Part shown: positions 51,270-63,865 of the stretch, piece after piece
How positions within the stretch are numbered: the first letter of the stretch is position 1
How the letters are laid out: every line of letters starts with the position of its first letter
Assembly (NCBI RefSeq): GCF_006345805.1
Contig: NC_043002.1
Coordinates: 10,478,001-10,542,000, forward strand
DNA: 64,000 bases
Source: Octopus sinensis
Lineage: Eukaryota
Direction of reading: 5' to 3'
Translations under genes and position numbers: made by a program
The notes under the pieces: generated by a model
What the model saw: the letters and a program-made list of their open reading frames with translations, nothing else
Database searches by the model: none
What the model was told of the DNA's origin: nothing

Positions 51270-52769
51270 CACCGAACCGCATGTGACTGTGAAATATATT
51301 TTAATTTCATTATGTCAGAGATAAATTTTGATAAATCTGATGAAGTCAATTTCTTGGATGCACTTTCATCACAGTCTACGGGTCATTGTCATGTGTTCTG
51401 GTAGAGGGCGGTTACATCACATCGAGATTATAGGACGTGACATGTTCAGTCCCGTATATGCCCTCCCTGGGTGTTCAAAACAGCCATACATCGTCGGTAC
51501 GAAAGCTATTCGCACCTGTGCCCACACCCTGAGACAAGCTGCCTTCATTTCCATACGACTTGTCAGTTTTGGGATCACCTGGTATAGCCGCCTCTGGATT
51601 TCATCACATAGGTTTTCAATTGGGTTCAAGTCCGGTCTGAGTGCCGGTCAGGGCATGATTCTGATGTTGTGCTGACTCAGGAAGCTCATGGTGACTCTGG
51701 CCGTGATGGAGGGAGCATTGAGCTGTGGGAACACGTAGCTATGGTGACGTGCGAAGGGCACGATGTGAGGTCTTAGGATCTGGTCAACGTAGCGCTGCGC
51801 TGTGATGACATTCCCGCTGCCTGAACCAACAGTTTGGAACACATAGGGCCCAATTCTCTGATTCAGCCCTATAGCACCGCAAACCATGATGCTTTGGCCA
51901 CCAAACGCGTTTCTCTCCGTGACACATTCGTCTCTGTAGCGTTCACCCTTCCTACTCCACTCCCTCACTCTGCCATCCGAGGAGGAAACACAGCAACGAC
52001 ATTCGTCGCGGAAGACTAGTGATCTCCATTGTTGATGCCGCCAATGCCGGTGCTGTGTAGCCCACTGTAATGCCTGATGGTGGCGGGCAGTGCGGACAGA
52101 TCCCCTCGAACAGGACGACGGCAACGAAGGCTGTTGGCGGTCAGTCGACGCCGTATGGTCACGTTGTTTATGGGTTGCTTTCCAGTGCCAATGGTCTCGC
52201 GAGCTGTCACACTGGCCGGTCTGAAGTGATCATGGAGTTGTTGCAGGTGGATGAAGCGGTCCTGCCTGGGCGTGGTCACCTAAGAGCGCCCTATGAATTG
52301 CTATTGGTCTGAAGTGCTATTGGTATTGTTGTATCGCTGTTGCAGGCGATAGATGGAGCTGACATGAACATAGTATGCTTTCGCAACAACCATGGTACGC
52401 TGCCCTGCTTGCAATCGGCCGATAACATATTCTCCACGTGCTGCTGGCAATCGGGTCATACCTGATGCGTCCAAATCATCAATGCCATCAACGCCGCTCA
52501 AGTTGGTTTTTGTACCCATAACCTCCACGAGATGCACGGGCATTTCGGTTTTCATGACAGTTGTTTGCGACTGCTACCGACAGCATTTAACTCAACTGCA
52601 TTTTGGCACCACGTTTCAGGAAAAGTTGAAGGGTTACCTGCAATTTGGGTCTCAGCTATAAGGCAGCATGTGTTAGAATATTTACTCTTACTTAGTCGAA
52701 ATAAATTTTCAGAATTTGTCATATAAAAATGACATTTGAAAAATATTGCATTTCTTTTGCGGTTCAGTG
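51270..52769 (-). mobile_element. Tc1-like transposon (1.5 kb), transposase pseudogene ~51446-52459
   Basis: TTPRQDRFI, TIRRRL..RCRRP, WRSLVFRDECR, QLNAPSI, PDLNPIENL, GGHIRD*; termini cac(c/t)gaaccgc flanked by TA. Confidence 0.92.
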
Positions 52770-52777
52770 TATATGCA

Positions 52778-53851
52778 TAGGGGTTGGACAAGATAATGGA
52801 AACACGAAGCATCATAGCATCATAATTTTGAATTATTTATAAAACAGTCAAAAGCTTGTTTATTATTATATTTTTATGTATTATTAGTATTGCTTAATAA
52901 GCTTTGCTAAAATTGCTGGTTTTTTTCAGATATCATCAGACAAAAGTAATAAAAATTCATTAAAATGACAGATCTATTGGACTTTCAAAGATGTCAAATT
53001 GTTGGTGCGAATTGTTGTAAAGGATCACAAAAGTACAGCATCCAAGCTTATTGCAGAGCTTAATGACCACGTTGAGAACCCAGTTTCCACAAAAAACTGT
53101 TCGTGGGAGCTGCACAAAGCCGGATTTCACAGCAGGGCTGCAATTAGAAAACAACTACTTTCAAAAACAAACGTTGCAAAGCGTTTAGAGTGGAGTAAAA
53201 ACCTACAGAATTGGTCCCTACAGTAGTGGACGAATGTTATTTTCTCGGAGGAGTCATCCTTTACTTTGTTTCCGACCACCAGACGAGACAGCCAAAAGAA
53301 GCATTTGACCCAGACTGATTTCTTCCAACTGTTAAACATGGAAGAGGATCTGTGATGATCTGGGAGGCTATATCTTGGAAATCTGCCGGCCCTATGGTTT
53401 CCTTTCATAGTCAAGTCTATTTAAGCATTTCATTTGATCAAATTCATCCTTTGGTTGCGGAACTGTTTCCAGAGGAAAACGCAATCATTCAGGATGATAA
53501 CGCACCAATTCACACAGCTAAAGTTGTTACTGAATGGCACGAGGAAAATTCTAGTGAAGTTGAATATGTTCTCTGGCAACCACAGTCTCCAGATCTCTCA
53601 ATTATTGAAAATCAATAGTATATTATAGAAAAAGTAAGGATTTGATATCCTCCCCCATCAGCACTATAAGAACTGGAGAGTGTTTTAGCTGAAGAATGGA
53701 CAAAAATTCCTTTGGGAACAATTCAAATCTTCGAACGAGACCGTATTTCGTAGAATTAAAGCTGTAATTATTGTCAAAGGAGGTCCTACTCCATATTAAA
53801 ATAAATTTGTTTGGAATTTTAAGGTGTTTCCAATATTTTGTCCAACCCCTG
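52778..53851 (+). mobile_element. Second Tc1-like transposon, internally deleted transposase ~52965-53799
   Basis: TIRs aggggttggacaagataatggaaacac / gtgtttccaatattttgtccaacccctg; VIFSEES, QDDNAPIH, WQPQSPDLSIIEN, GGPTPY*. Confidence 0.92.
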
Positions 53852-53868
53852 TATATACTTTATTATTC

Positions 53869-54082
53869 AGGCGACGAGCTGGCAGAAATGTTAGCACACC
53901 AGGCGAAATGCTTAGCGGTATATCACCTGTCTTCATGTTCTGAGTTCAAATTCCGCCGACATCGACGTTGCCTTTCATCCTTTCGGAGTTGAAAGATTAA
54001 GTACCAGTTGCGGACTGGGGTTGATCTAATTGACTGGCTCCCGCCTCAAAAATGTTGGGCCTTGTGCCTAGAGTAGAAAAGT
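53869..54082 (+). mobile_element. SINE family C (alternative tail)
   Basis: aggcgacgagctggcagaaatgttagc head; tail ggccttgtgcctagagtagaaaag. Confidence 0.85.
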
Positions 54083-54203
54083 ACATATATTTTATTTACA
54101 TTATTTACATTCGACGGATATTTGACCTCATCTTGTTTGTTGTTAAGATATATATATACAGATATATATATATATATATATAGATAGATAGAAAGATAGA
54201 TAG

Positions 54204-54265
<62 letters not shown>

Positions 54266-54771
54266 GGAGGTAGGTAGGTAGATAGATAGATAGATAGACA
54301 GATATGTATGTATGTGTGTGTGTGTGTATCTATGAATAAAAGGATAAAGATAGCTAGAATAATTATGTCGTCCGTAATTATGACTCAGGGCGCATTGTAG
54401 CATCTATGTTACTAGAAAAAAGAGTCAAAGTCCATTATAGCTACAAACATAGCACAAGTCTATATACTGACAGGGGAGTTAACCGCGCCACCGCAAGCGA
54501 GGGTACAAAATTGCCAAGCCAATTTCGCTTGAAATTATAGGTACTTAGTAGCCTATTTCATCGCTTACAGTTAAGTGAAATCCAATCTATCACTACATAG
54601 ATTTTTGCTGATTCACCAAAATGGCATATATGTGTATATGTATATATATATATTATATATATATATATATATATACACGACACACACACACATATGTAGA
54701 TATACTTATATGCATAATATATACATATGTGTGAGTGTATGTGTGTGGGGGTGTATAAATATATTTGTATA

Positions 54772-54809
<38 letters not shown>

Positions 54810-54856
54810 AGTACTTAGGTTTTCGAACTAACCTGATCGCGAATAAATCGTACTTG

Positions 54857-54895
<39 letters not shown>

Positions 54896-54976
54896 TGTGT
54901 GTGTGTGCCATTATATATATATGTGTTTGTGTGTATATATATATGTGTGTGTGTGTATATATATATATATATACAT

Positions 54977-55016
<40 letters not shown>

Positions 55017-55068
55017 GTATCTATATATATATAGTATATATACATATATATATAATATATATATATAC

Positions 55069-55150
<82 letters not shown>

Positions 55151-55355
55151 ATATATGTAATGCTTATGCATGGTGACAAAACAATGTTAGCTCAGTGTTT
55201 TGCCAGAAGATTGCAATATCCTGTAACTCGAGTGGCGAGAGAAACGCTCGCCTTCACTAGGGCTTCAATTTCAATAAAAAAAATATCTATATGAATATAA
55301 TCTATCTCTATATATATGTGTATATATATATATATATATTATACTATACTATACT

Positions 55356-55391
<36 letters not shown>

Positions 55392-55848
55392 GCATATATA
55401 TGCATATACACACATATGTATACGTACCTACATACGCACACTTCAATAAGCATGTCTGTGTATATTGTGAAAATATTTACTAGTTTATCACCCAGACGCG
55501 ACGCCGCTCGTCTTATCAATTTATCCAGCAGGAAACATTTATGAATTGTACTATAATTCCCCACCATCTAGTCATCGATAAGTAAGTAAAAAAAAAAGAA
55601 TCGTTTATATATATGTGTGTGTGTTTGTGTCTGTGCGTGTGTGTGTGTATGTTTGTGTGTGTGTTTGTGTGTGTCTGTGTATATGTATCTGTGTTATGTG
55701 TATAAATATATATATATTATATATATATATAATATATATAATTATATATATATATATATAGATATATATATAATATATATATAGTATATATAGTTAATAT
55801 ATATATATATACATATACGTATATATACAATAAATATATATATTATAG

Positions 55849-55881
<33 letters not shown>

Positions 55882-55924
55882 GTATATATAGTTATATACA
55901 TTATAAAATTAGTATATATATTAC

Positions 55925-55969
<45 letters not shown>

Positions 55970-56691
55970 GTATATATACATATAAATATATATATATATA
56001 TATACGTATAGTATATATAATATATATATATATATATAACGTATATATATAGATATATATATATATATATATATATTATAATATATATATGTATATATAT
56101 ATGTATAAAGAATATTTTTATAATCTATGCTGGACCGTGTTACTTGGTTTCTGTTTTCTAAAAAGTGAATTCGTAAATATGTTACTGTCTATATTTATTT
56201 CATTTTCTTATTTACATTTCCAATCAATGATATTATTGAATACCAATTTTTTTTTATAGCCTGCGATAGATAAGTATACAGATTGTTTCATATTCAGAAG
56301 TTTTCCAATAATATAAGACAGGGAAGTCATGTGATCTACAGGTTAGGGAGTCTGCACCTAAGATCATCGTTTCGACTCGTTGATCGAGTGGTGCATTTTA
56401 TTTTTCAAGTTTACTTTTCGATGCTTGCTCCAGTTCAATCTGTTGTGAATGAGTAAATATGAAACGAAATGGCGTTGCATTTCAGTGGGAGTATTGGCAC
56501 CTCGGTCGCTTACACACAAGATACCCCGCTTAACTATCCTACGTATTCTAACTCTCAAACAGAAATGTCTAAGGATTGATGATGATAATGACAATGATAA
56601 CGATAATGTATTAGTGAGCGCCTATAAAATAACCAGACCTGCTAGAAATGACAACCATATCAATCTCACGTCTTAATTAAACATTTTACAT

Positions 56692-57105
56692 AAGGCGGCG
56701 AGCTGGCAGAAACGTTAGCACGCCGGGAGAAATGCTTAGCGGTATTTCGTCCGACGCTGCGTTCTGAGTTCAAATTCCACCGAGGGTAACTTTGCCTTTC
56801 ATCCTTTTGGGGTCGATTAAATAAGTGCCAGTTACGCACTGGTGTCGATGTAATCGACGTAATCCCTTTGTCTGTCCGCGTTTGTCCTCTCTGTGTTCAG
56901 ACCCTTGTGGGTAGTAAAGAAATAGGTATTTCGTCTGCCGTCACGTTCTGAGTTCAAACTCCGCCGAGGTTAATTTTGCCTTTCATCCTTACGGGATCGA
57001 TTAAATAAGTATCAGTTACGCACTGGGGTCGATGTAATCGACTCAATCCGTTTGTCTGTCCTTGTTTGTCCCCTCTATGTTTAGCCCCTTGTGGGCAATA
57101 AAGAA
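56692..57105 (+). mobile_element. SINE family C dimer (184-bp period) within a TSD
   Basis: ggtatttcg at 56741 and 56925; aattaaa(c)cattttacata on both sides. Confidence 0.9.
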
Positions 57106-58083
57106 TTAAACCATTTTACATATAGAAGTGCATATCGTGTTTACGATCTTGAGGTAGCTTAGGTCTGAACTGAAAATTAGAAAATAACTGACACAAATCC
57201 AATCGTATCTCGAACTTCATACTTAGACTCTGTCAATACTCAGCCATGTTAAATAACATTTAGTGTGAAGTAAGGGCTTCAGATTAGTGCATAAGGCCAG
57301 AAATTTTGAAGGAAAGTGTTAATGAATTACATCGAACCCCGTTCTTAACTATGCTGGTATTTATTCTTTTGACACCGAGTGGATGAAAAGTAAAATTTAA
57401 ACTAAGAATGTAAAGATCTGGCAGAAATTCCACGGAGCATTTTGTCCGCTTTGTTGACGATTGTAGCATCTCACTGCTTTACTTGTGTGAAATAATAACA
57501 ATCTGAGGCTCTTGTCTTTGTTTGTTCAGTGACACTCGAAATATAATACATGTGGTGACTAAAATCAATGTTTATTTTCAAATCAAGTAAATCAATTCGA
57601 GAAAGAATTGTGGATGTTAGCTGAGCATGGTAACGACAATGATTATTCGAATCAACAACAGTATTTCAAGAAAGCGGCTACAACACATTGATAATGTAAA
57701 ACTGGTGACGAAGAAATCACGGTAATTTGCTGAGCAAGCATATGAACATTTACTATAAACAAACATTCATGTATGTTAGTAATACAAGCAATTACAGAAG
57801 TTCTTGCAAGAAAACAAACTGCTTATTTTATTATATAAAATCATACATTAGAAAATTGTGACAAATTTGGTTTCATTAAGAGATAACAACTTTTCAATAA
57901 TTGAATGAACAGCTCGGTAAAATATAAGAATATAAGAGTCTTTATTTGAATTGTTTGCTTTTGGTATTCGTATCCGATTTCCACTCAACTCATGACTTGT
58001 TAAGATTTAATCAATACATAGTAAGGAATGTAGGTTTGCATATAATCAGTGACAAAGATAAGACTAACGTAATTTTAATTATG

Positions 58084-59196
58084 CTACATACCTCGTTTGA
58101 CAGACACCAATTTAAAATGATGTGTTCCTGGAAATGTAGCTAGCTGAACTTCTCTGTACACATTGCTTTGCAGTTGTCTTGATGGTGTGGAGACGTTCAT
58201 CTGGTGGTGAGGGCAGTAGATTTTTATACAAATAGCGCAGAAAATATGTAAGAAGTTCTTCCAAAATATCGTGTTGAATATGCAATAGAGTATAAAATTC
58301 ACCGCTGAGTTAATAAGAAGTAATAGATCGGTTATCTCGCGAATGCCACGAGTTAAATAATCTTCTTCGATATATCCAAAACCAAGGATGGTGGACATGA
58401 TGGCATCAGGCGATATACAAACCATGAATACCAAGACAACACAGACCAACATGATGGTAATGCGGTATCGTCTCATATTCTTGGATTTGCTTAGTTTACA
58501 ACGCCTAATACCACACATTATACAAGTATTTAATACTATTAAAGTTAAGAGCGGAATTACTGAACGAATGAGGTTTTGAAACCAAGTGTAAGCCCTGGAG
58601 AAGACATTGTTTTGCCAGAGTTTCGTGACTGACATATCCATTAAAGTCTGATTTGTTCTATTATCGTACACTTCAAAAGACTGGTATCTCATTGCATATG
58701 GTATGGATAGCATACTCATAAAGAAGTAAACACATACAGTTATAATGCGGGCGCGGTGAATAGTGCAGTAAGATTTCACGTAGAGTGGTTTACACACGTA
58801 AACATATCGTTCCACTGCGACAGATACGGTGATCCACGCCGATATGCATAACGACGTATTGAATATATAATGGGCGTAAGGATATAAACCTTGATATAAA
58901 GACTCTCCTGTGCGTTTGTCTATCTCCATCAGTAATATGACGATGAAATAGAGAAAGTCGTTGATGAGTTTTATGCTATCAGAAAAGGCCAAAGCCAAGA
59001 GGTAGATATTTGTCGAGGACTGCATTTGCTTTTGGGTCATCACGATAATGCTCATTGTGTTTCCTATAAGGCCGATTGAGCAGGCGATTGGGTAACATAC
59101 GAGACCGGTGATGGAACGCGCTTCCAAGTAGAACTGTTCGTAAGCATTATAACTCTTTGTGGTGATAATGTTCGTGAGGTTTTCTGACGGAATCAT
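58084..59196 (-). CDS. Class A (rhodopsin-like) GPCR, FMRFamide/sex-peptide-receptor-like peptide receptor group, single coding exon, 370 aa
   Basis: Seven hydrophobic segments; TM1 GLIGN, TM2 STNIYLLALAFSD, TM3 AWITVSVAVERY..VCKP, TM5 IPLLTLIVLN, TM6 FMVCISP, TM7 NSAVNFILY; N-glycosylation sequons NLT, NRT, NQT; in-frame stop upstream of the ATG. Confidence 0.95.
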   Translation of the reverse strand: MIPSENLTNIITTKSYNAYEQFYLEARSITGLVCYPIACSIGLIGNTMSIIVMTQKQMQSSTNIYLLALAFSDSIKLINDFLYFIVILLMEIDKRTGESLYQGLYPYAHYIFNTSLCISAWITVSVAVERYVYVCKPLYVKSYCTIHRARIITVCVYFFMSMLSIPYAMRYQSFEVYDNRTNQTLMDMSVTKLWQNNVFSRAYTWFQNLIRSVIPLLTLIVLNTCIMCGIRRCKLSKSKNMRRYRITIMLVCVVLVFMVCISPDAIMSTILGFGYIEEDYLTRGIREITDLLLLINSAVNFILYCIFNTIFWKNFLHIFCAICIKIYCPHHQMNVSTPSRQLQSNVYREVQLATFPGTHHFKLVSVKRGM

Positions 59197-59295
59197 TCTC
59201 GCCTTTAATTCTTCATTTCTCCTGAAGTCGAACTTTTACTTGTGGTAACCAGTTCATTATTTTTCACCATTCAGCCTAAATTAAAATACAAAAAT
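59197..59295 (-). promoter_or_regulatory. Putative splice acceptor and 5'UTR with two uORFs
   Basis: Minus strand tttttgtattttaatttag|GCTG (exon start 59275); uORFs 59270-59205 (21 aa) and 59257-59213 (14 aa), both out of frame with the GPCR ATG. Confidence 0.5.
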
Positions 59296-60961
59296 TTAAA
59301 ACAATCATACATTTCCAAAATAGAATTTTTAAATAAATACTTCACATTATCAATATCGATAAAGCTGAAATGTGAAAAATTTGTTTTATTTCTTGGTTGT
59401 TTGTCTCATTTTGGGATGGTAACGGTTTAGATGAGGTCGGATTGGCGCCAAATTTTACAGTGGGGGGTAAAATGGGGTGGGCAATTGTGTCAGGAGGGCT
59501 GCAAGTCGTTCGGGGCTACAGTTTGGTTGCCATGGTGAGGAATATGGGAAAAGGAGAAAAGAAAGAGTGGAAGAAGAGAAATAATAATAATAAGAAGAAG
59601 ATAAAGACGAAGAAAAAATAAAAAGTAAGAACAAGAAAAGAATAAGAGGGCAATAAAAAGAACCAGGTGAAGAGGACGAACAAAAGAAAAAAGGGAAAAG
59701 GAGACAACTCGCAGAAAACAACACCACCACCAAAACCAGAGCGAAGCACGGGTCAAAATAGCTAGTCTTCAATATAAACGTATATAATTGTTTTTTCTTT
59801 TTTTATGGCGGAGCTCGAAGTAGACAAAGCTATAATTATGTGTAAATATTGAGCTAAGACGCCCTTTGGCTAGAAAAATTCAAAGACTGCTCATAAACAT
59901 TTGCGTGCTTGCGTGTGGGTGGCAGGGTGTTAAAATAAGGGCAAATAAGAGAGGCTGAACATGTTCATTCGATCGGTTAGAAATAGCAGTCACATCGCTC
60001 CCTCTCTCTCTCTCTCTCGCTTTCTTAAGTTGTCTCCCCTATTCCCCGTACTATCATGTTTAAAAAAGAAGAACTCATTGAAAAATGCAGACATAGGTTG
60101 ATTATCTCTGAAAAGATATTATTATTATGAGATGGTCACATTTAGATTGTCTCGCGTGAAGATAGACAATAAAAACAATGTCATATCAAAATGTTTTCTA
60201 ACAGAGATACTGGGAAATAGATTTGTTTGGGAAGAGATTATTCGATTAAACATCTCTAATTCTTGACTGGTACTGTCTTTTAGGATGCAGAGGCAGTGAA
60301 CCGGCAGAACTGTTAGCACGCAGGACAAAATGATTAGCGGCATTTCTTCCGTTTTTAAGTTCAAATCTCGTGGAGGTCAACTTTATAAAATAAAGTAACA
60401 AACCAGTACTGGAGTGGGTAGATGTAATCGATATCTACCCCCGACAAAATTGCAGGCATTCAATACTGCTAATGACCGATGTCAGATTCGCGGGTAATGC
60501 TATGATTTTCATCTCTTACATACCATGGAAAGCGGGGAGCCGGCAGTATGAGTCAAAGAGCTCAAGAAAAAAATGTGACATTGTATTATTGTAGGATGCA
60601 AAACAATGTTGATTTAGGTGAAGTTTGAACTCGATAAGGTATAAAAAGCAATTGAAAGCTTGAAACAACTTGTATTTGGTTCACATCACGTAAAAAGTCA
60701 AATTAGAACTGTGATATTCATTCCTTTACGAGTAGCATTTATGCAAGTAAATGAAATAAATCAATATATTAATTGGGTCATACATAATTGTAACGAATGC
60801 ATCAACATCATCTTTATTCTGCTTTAATGCACACTCGGATTTACACACACGCGGGCGCACGCAGGCAGATAGATGGCTAGATAGATATATGGATAGATAG
60901 ATAATCGTTTTTATGTAAAGACAACATTGAACTGAAGGAATAGACAATACCTTTTACTAAA

Positions 60962-61084
60962 GTACATGTTTATTAAACTTTTTCAAGAGGGGTAACAGTG
61001 ACTTAGAGTGTCTGCTTGCTAGTTTTCGTCAGAATGCCTGATGAAGGTTACCACCCCTCTTGTAAAAGTTTCATAAATATGTAC
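60962..61084. repeat. Imperfect ~32-bp inverted repeat enclosing CTGATGA, next to (GATA)n
   Basis: gtacatgtttattaaactttttcaagaggggt vs acccctcttgtaaaagtttcataaatatgtac. Confidence 0.75.
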
Positions 61085-61114
61085 CTTATAAATAGATAGA
61101 TAGATAGATAGATG

Positions 61115-61152
<38 letters not shown>

Positions 61153-61253
61153 CAAATAGATAGGTAGGTAGGTAGGTAGATAGATAGATACATGGATAGA
61201 TAGACAAATAGATAGATAGGTAGGTAGATAGATAGATAGATAGATAGAGAGAG

Positions 61254-61333
<80 letters not shown>

Positions 61334-61760
61334 GAAAGTAGGAGAAATAAATATAGCTGTAAGTGATGGATTTATATAAGATGTTTACATATATTTAGAA
61401 GACGTGCATACACCTTCCTGTACATTTACATTCTGTACGTATGTATAACATCTCATATAAATGTATCCTTACATTATTGTTTCTTCTTTCGACATTGATA
61501 TCGTTTCGTACATCAGTTTTCTTCTTCCAAGCTCACCTGCTTTTTGAGTACAGCACCATGATAAGGAAGTTGGCGTTTAAGAATTCTATCATACATACGT
61601 AGAATCGTTTACAATTATTTTATCATCCGCTATCGAAGATTAACTACATATACCGTTGAGGTGCCCGTAGAACCCTACTGATTAATGGACCCTACGTGGA
61701 TCAATGGAATTGGTTATTAATTCAAAATTTCGGTTAATATTCCTCTTAGTAATGGTTTCA

Positions 61761-62070
61761 TGGAGGCGCAATGGCCTAGTGGTTACGGCAGCAGACTCAC
61801 GGTCGTAGGATGGCGATTTCGATTCCCAGACCGGGCGTTGTGAGTGTTTATTGAGCGAAAACAACTAAGGCTCCACGAGGCTCCGGCAGGGGGTTGTAGC
61901 GATCCCTACTGTACTCTTTCGCCAGAACTTTTTCTCACTCTTTCTTCTGTCGGCCTGCTCGCTTAGCCAGCGGGGTGGCGTAATTTGAAGGCTAAAACAA
62001 TGCGAAGCGCATTGTGACCAGCGATGTGTAGCAACATCTGATAGCCTGGTCGATCACGGTGATCACGTTG
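61761..62070 (+). mobile_element. SINE family A, tail type b
   Basis: Homologous to 14113-14416; TSD-like taatggtt. Confidence 0.9.
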
Positions 62071-63217
62071 AATAATGGTTCGAAATTCTGACACAGAGCT
62101 AGCAACTTTTAGAGGAAAGTAGCAAATCGATCATATCGACTCCAGTACTCCACTGGTACTTATTTTATCGACCTCAAAACGATGATTGGCAAAGTTGACC
62201 TTATCGTCGAACGAAGTGCCGCTAAGCATTTTATCTGGGGTGTTATCGCATCTGCTAGCTGACTGCCCTAGACTAGTCCTGCTCTTAATAATAACATCTG
62301 AGGTAGAGAACTGGCAGAACTGTTAGCACGTCGGACAAAATGCTCAACGGCATTTCGTTCGTCTTTACGTTCTGAGTTCAAATGCCACCGAGGTCGACTT
62401 TGTCTTTGATCCTTTCAGGGTCGATAAAATAAATACTAGTTGAGCACTGGGGTCGATGTGGCAAATTTGAAACCAGTCATAAGAACACCTCTGTATAAGA
62501 TACCAGTATTAATAAGTTACTTATATTCTCCGTTGCCCATTTCCGAGTATGGAATGAATAAATACAAACACCATAATACACGTGGTACGGAAATCACATT
62601 AAAGCACCGAAAGCATATTCAAAATCAAGCATCTAAACGTGGAAGTGTAACATCATATCCACTTTTCCAATTCACATATAGGAGCAAAGACTGAGACACA
62701 TGTATATAACTGATCCATTGGTATTAACATTAGAACAAAGAATGGATAGGAACCAGCATTTACTACGGTACACATGGATTCTATAATATATTTCGTAGGT
62801 TTCAAGAAAGGAAAATAACTTCAAAGGAAGCTGACCATTGCAGGAATTTTAGTAAATACCAGGTATTACACAACTGGAATTATTGGAAAATCTTGCGCTT
62901 GTACTTCTTGAAGATAATCATATTTATTGTTAAGTAACCGAAGAGACAGAATTAAGAAAAGCGTATAAAAATAGACGGAATTAGGAATCGTGTATTGAGA
63001 CAGAGAGAGACACAGTTTATATGAAAATGTCTATTTTAATCGACCGAGATTTCAGAAATACGGACGTTTTGCATGAAGGATCTCGAAACGTAAAAGACTT
63101 TTTCTATTCCTGAGCGTTATACTAATACATCTGGGTTTTTTTTGTACACCACCTGTCTTCGTCTTTTGTCTTTTTCGTAAACTCTCCCTATACACACACA
63201 CATATACATATATATAT

Positions 63218-63280
<63 letters not shown>

Positions 63281-63369
63281 ATATATTTCTGCTTCAATTC
63301 TCATCTTTTATCATCCTCTTTTTTTTATATAATGTTACACAGACACACACACACACACACACACACAAC

Positions 63370-63404
<35 letters not shown>

Positions 63405-63796
63405 GGGGTGGTGAGAGAGTTTGTGTGTGTCTTTGTGTGTGTCTGTGTGTCTGTGTGTCTGTCTAACATTATATAAAAATAGAGGATGATAAAAGATGAG
63501 AAGTGAAACAGAAAAATAAGACAATGTTAAAATAAGAGGTATTGTAGCTAACAACAATCAAATACGATGTATGTATATATGTATGGGCGTGTGTGTGTGT
63601 GTGTGTGTGCGGGCGCTTGCAGTATCGAGAATGTGTGTACACCTCTTTAGCATCTGACATCGCACTTAGTTTTCATTTCGTTTTAGATTTAATCCCTTAG
63701 AAAGAATGCAGTAAGTTAGACTAGACTTTAAACAAAGACAATGGTCTAAATAACTACTGGGAGTTCAAAAATTTTGTCGAAGTGCAAATTTAATAA

Positions 63797-63865
63797 GGAG
63801 ATTCAAAGAGATTCAAAGAGATTCAAAGAGATTCAAAGAGATTCATACATAAAGATTCAAAGAGA
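63797..63865. repeat. 10-bp tandem repeat (gagattcaaa)n
   Basis: Directly visible, ~5-6 units. Confidence 0.9.

Noticed and set aside
59397-59772. Upstream coding exon of the GPCR
   Set aside because: Low-complexity purine/pyrimidine tract; an in-frame stop precedes the GPCR ATG and no clear donor site is visible.
61761-61835. tRNA gene
   Set aside because: A and B boxes are present but there is no acceptor stem closure, and it continues into a SINE body; the same holds for all SINE heads here.
63061-63100. Hammerhead-like catgaagg-atctc-gaaa-cg-ta
   Set aside because: Core too degenerate to support.
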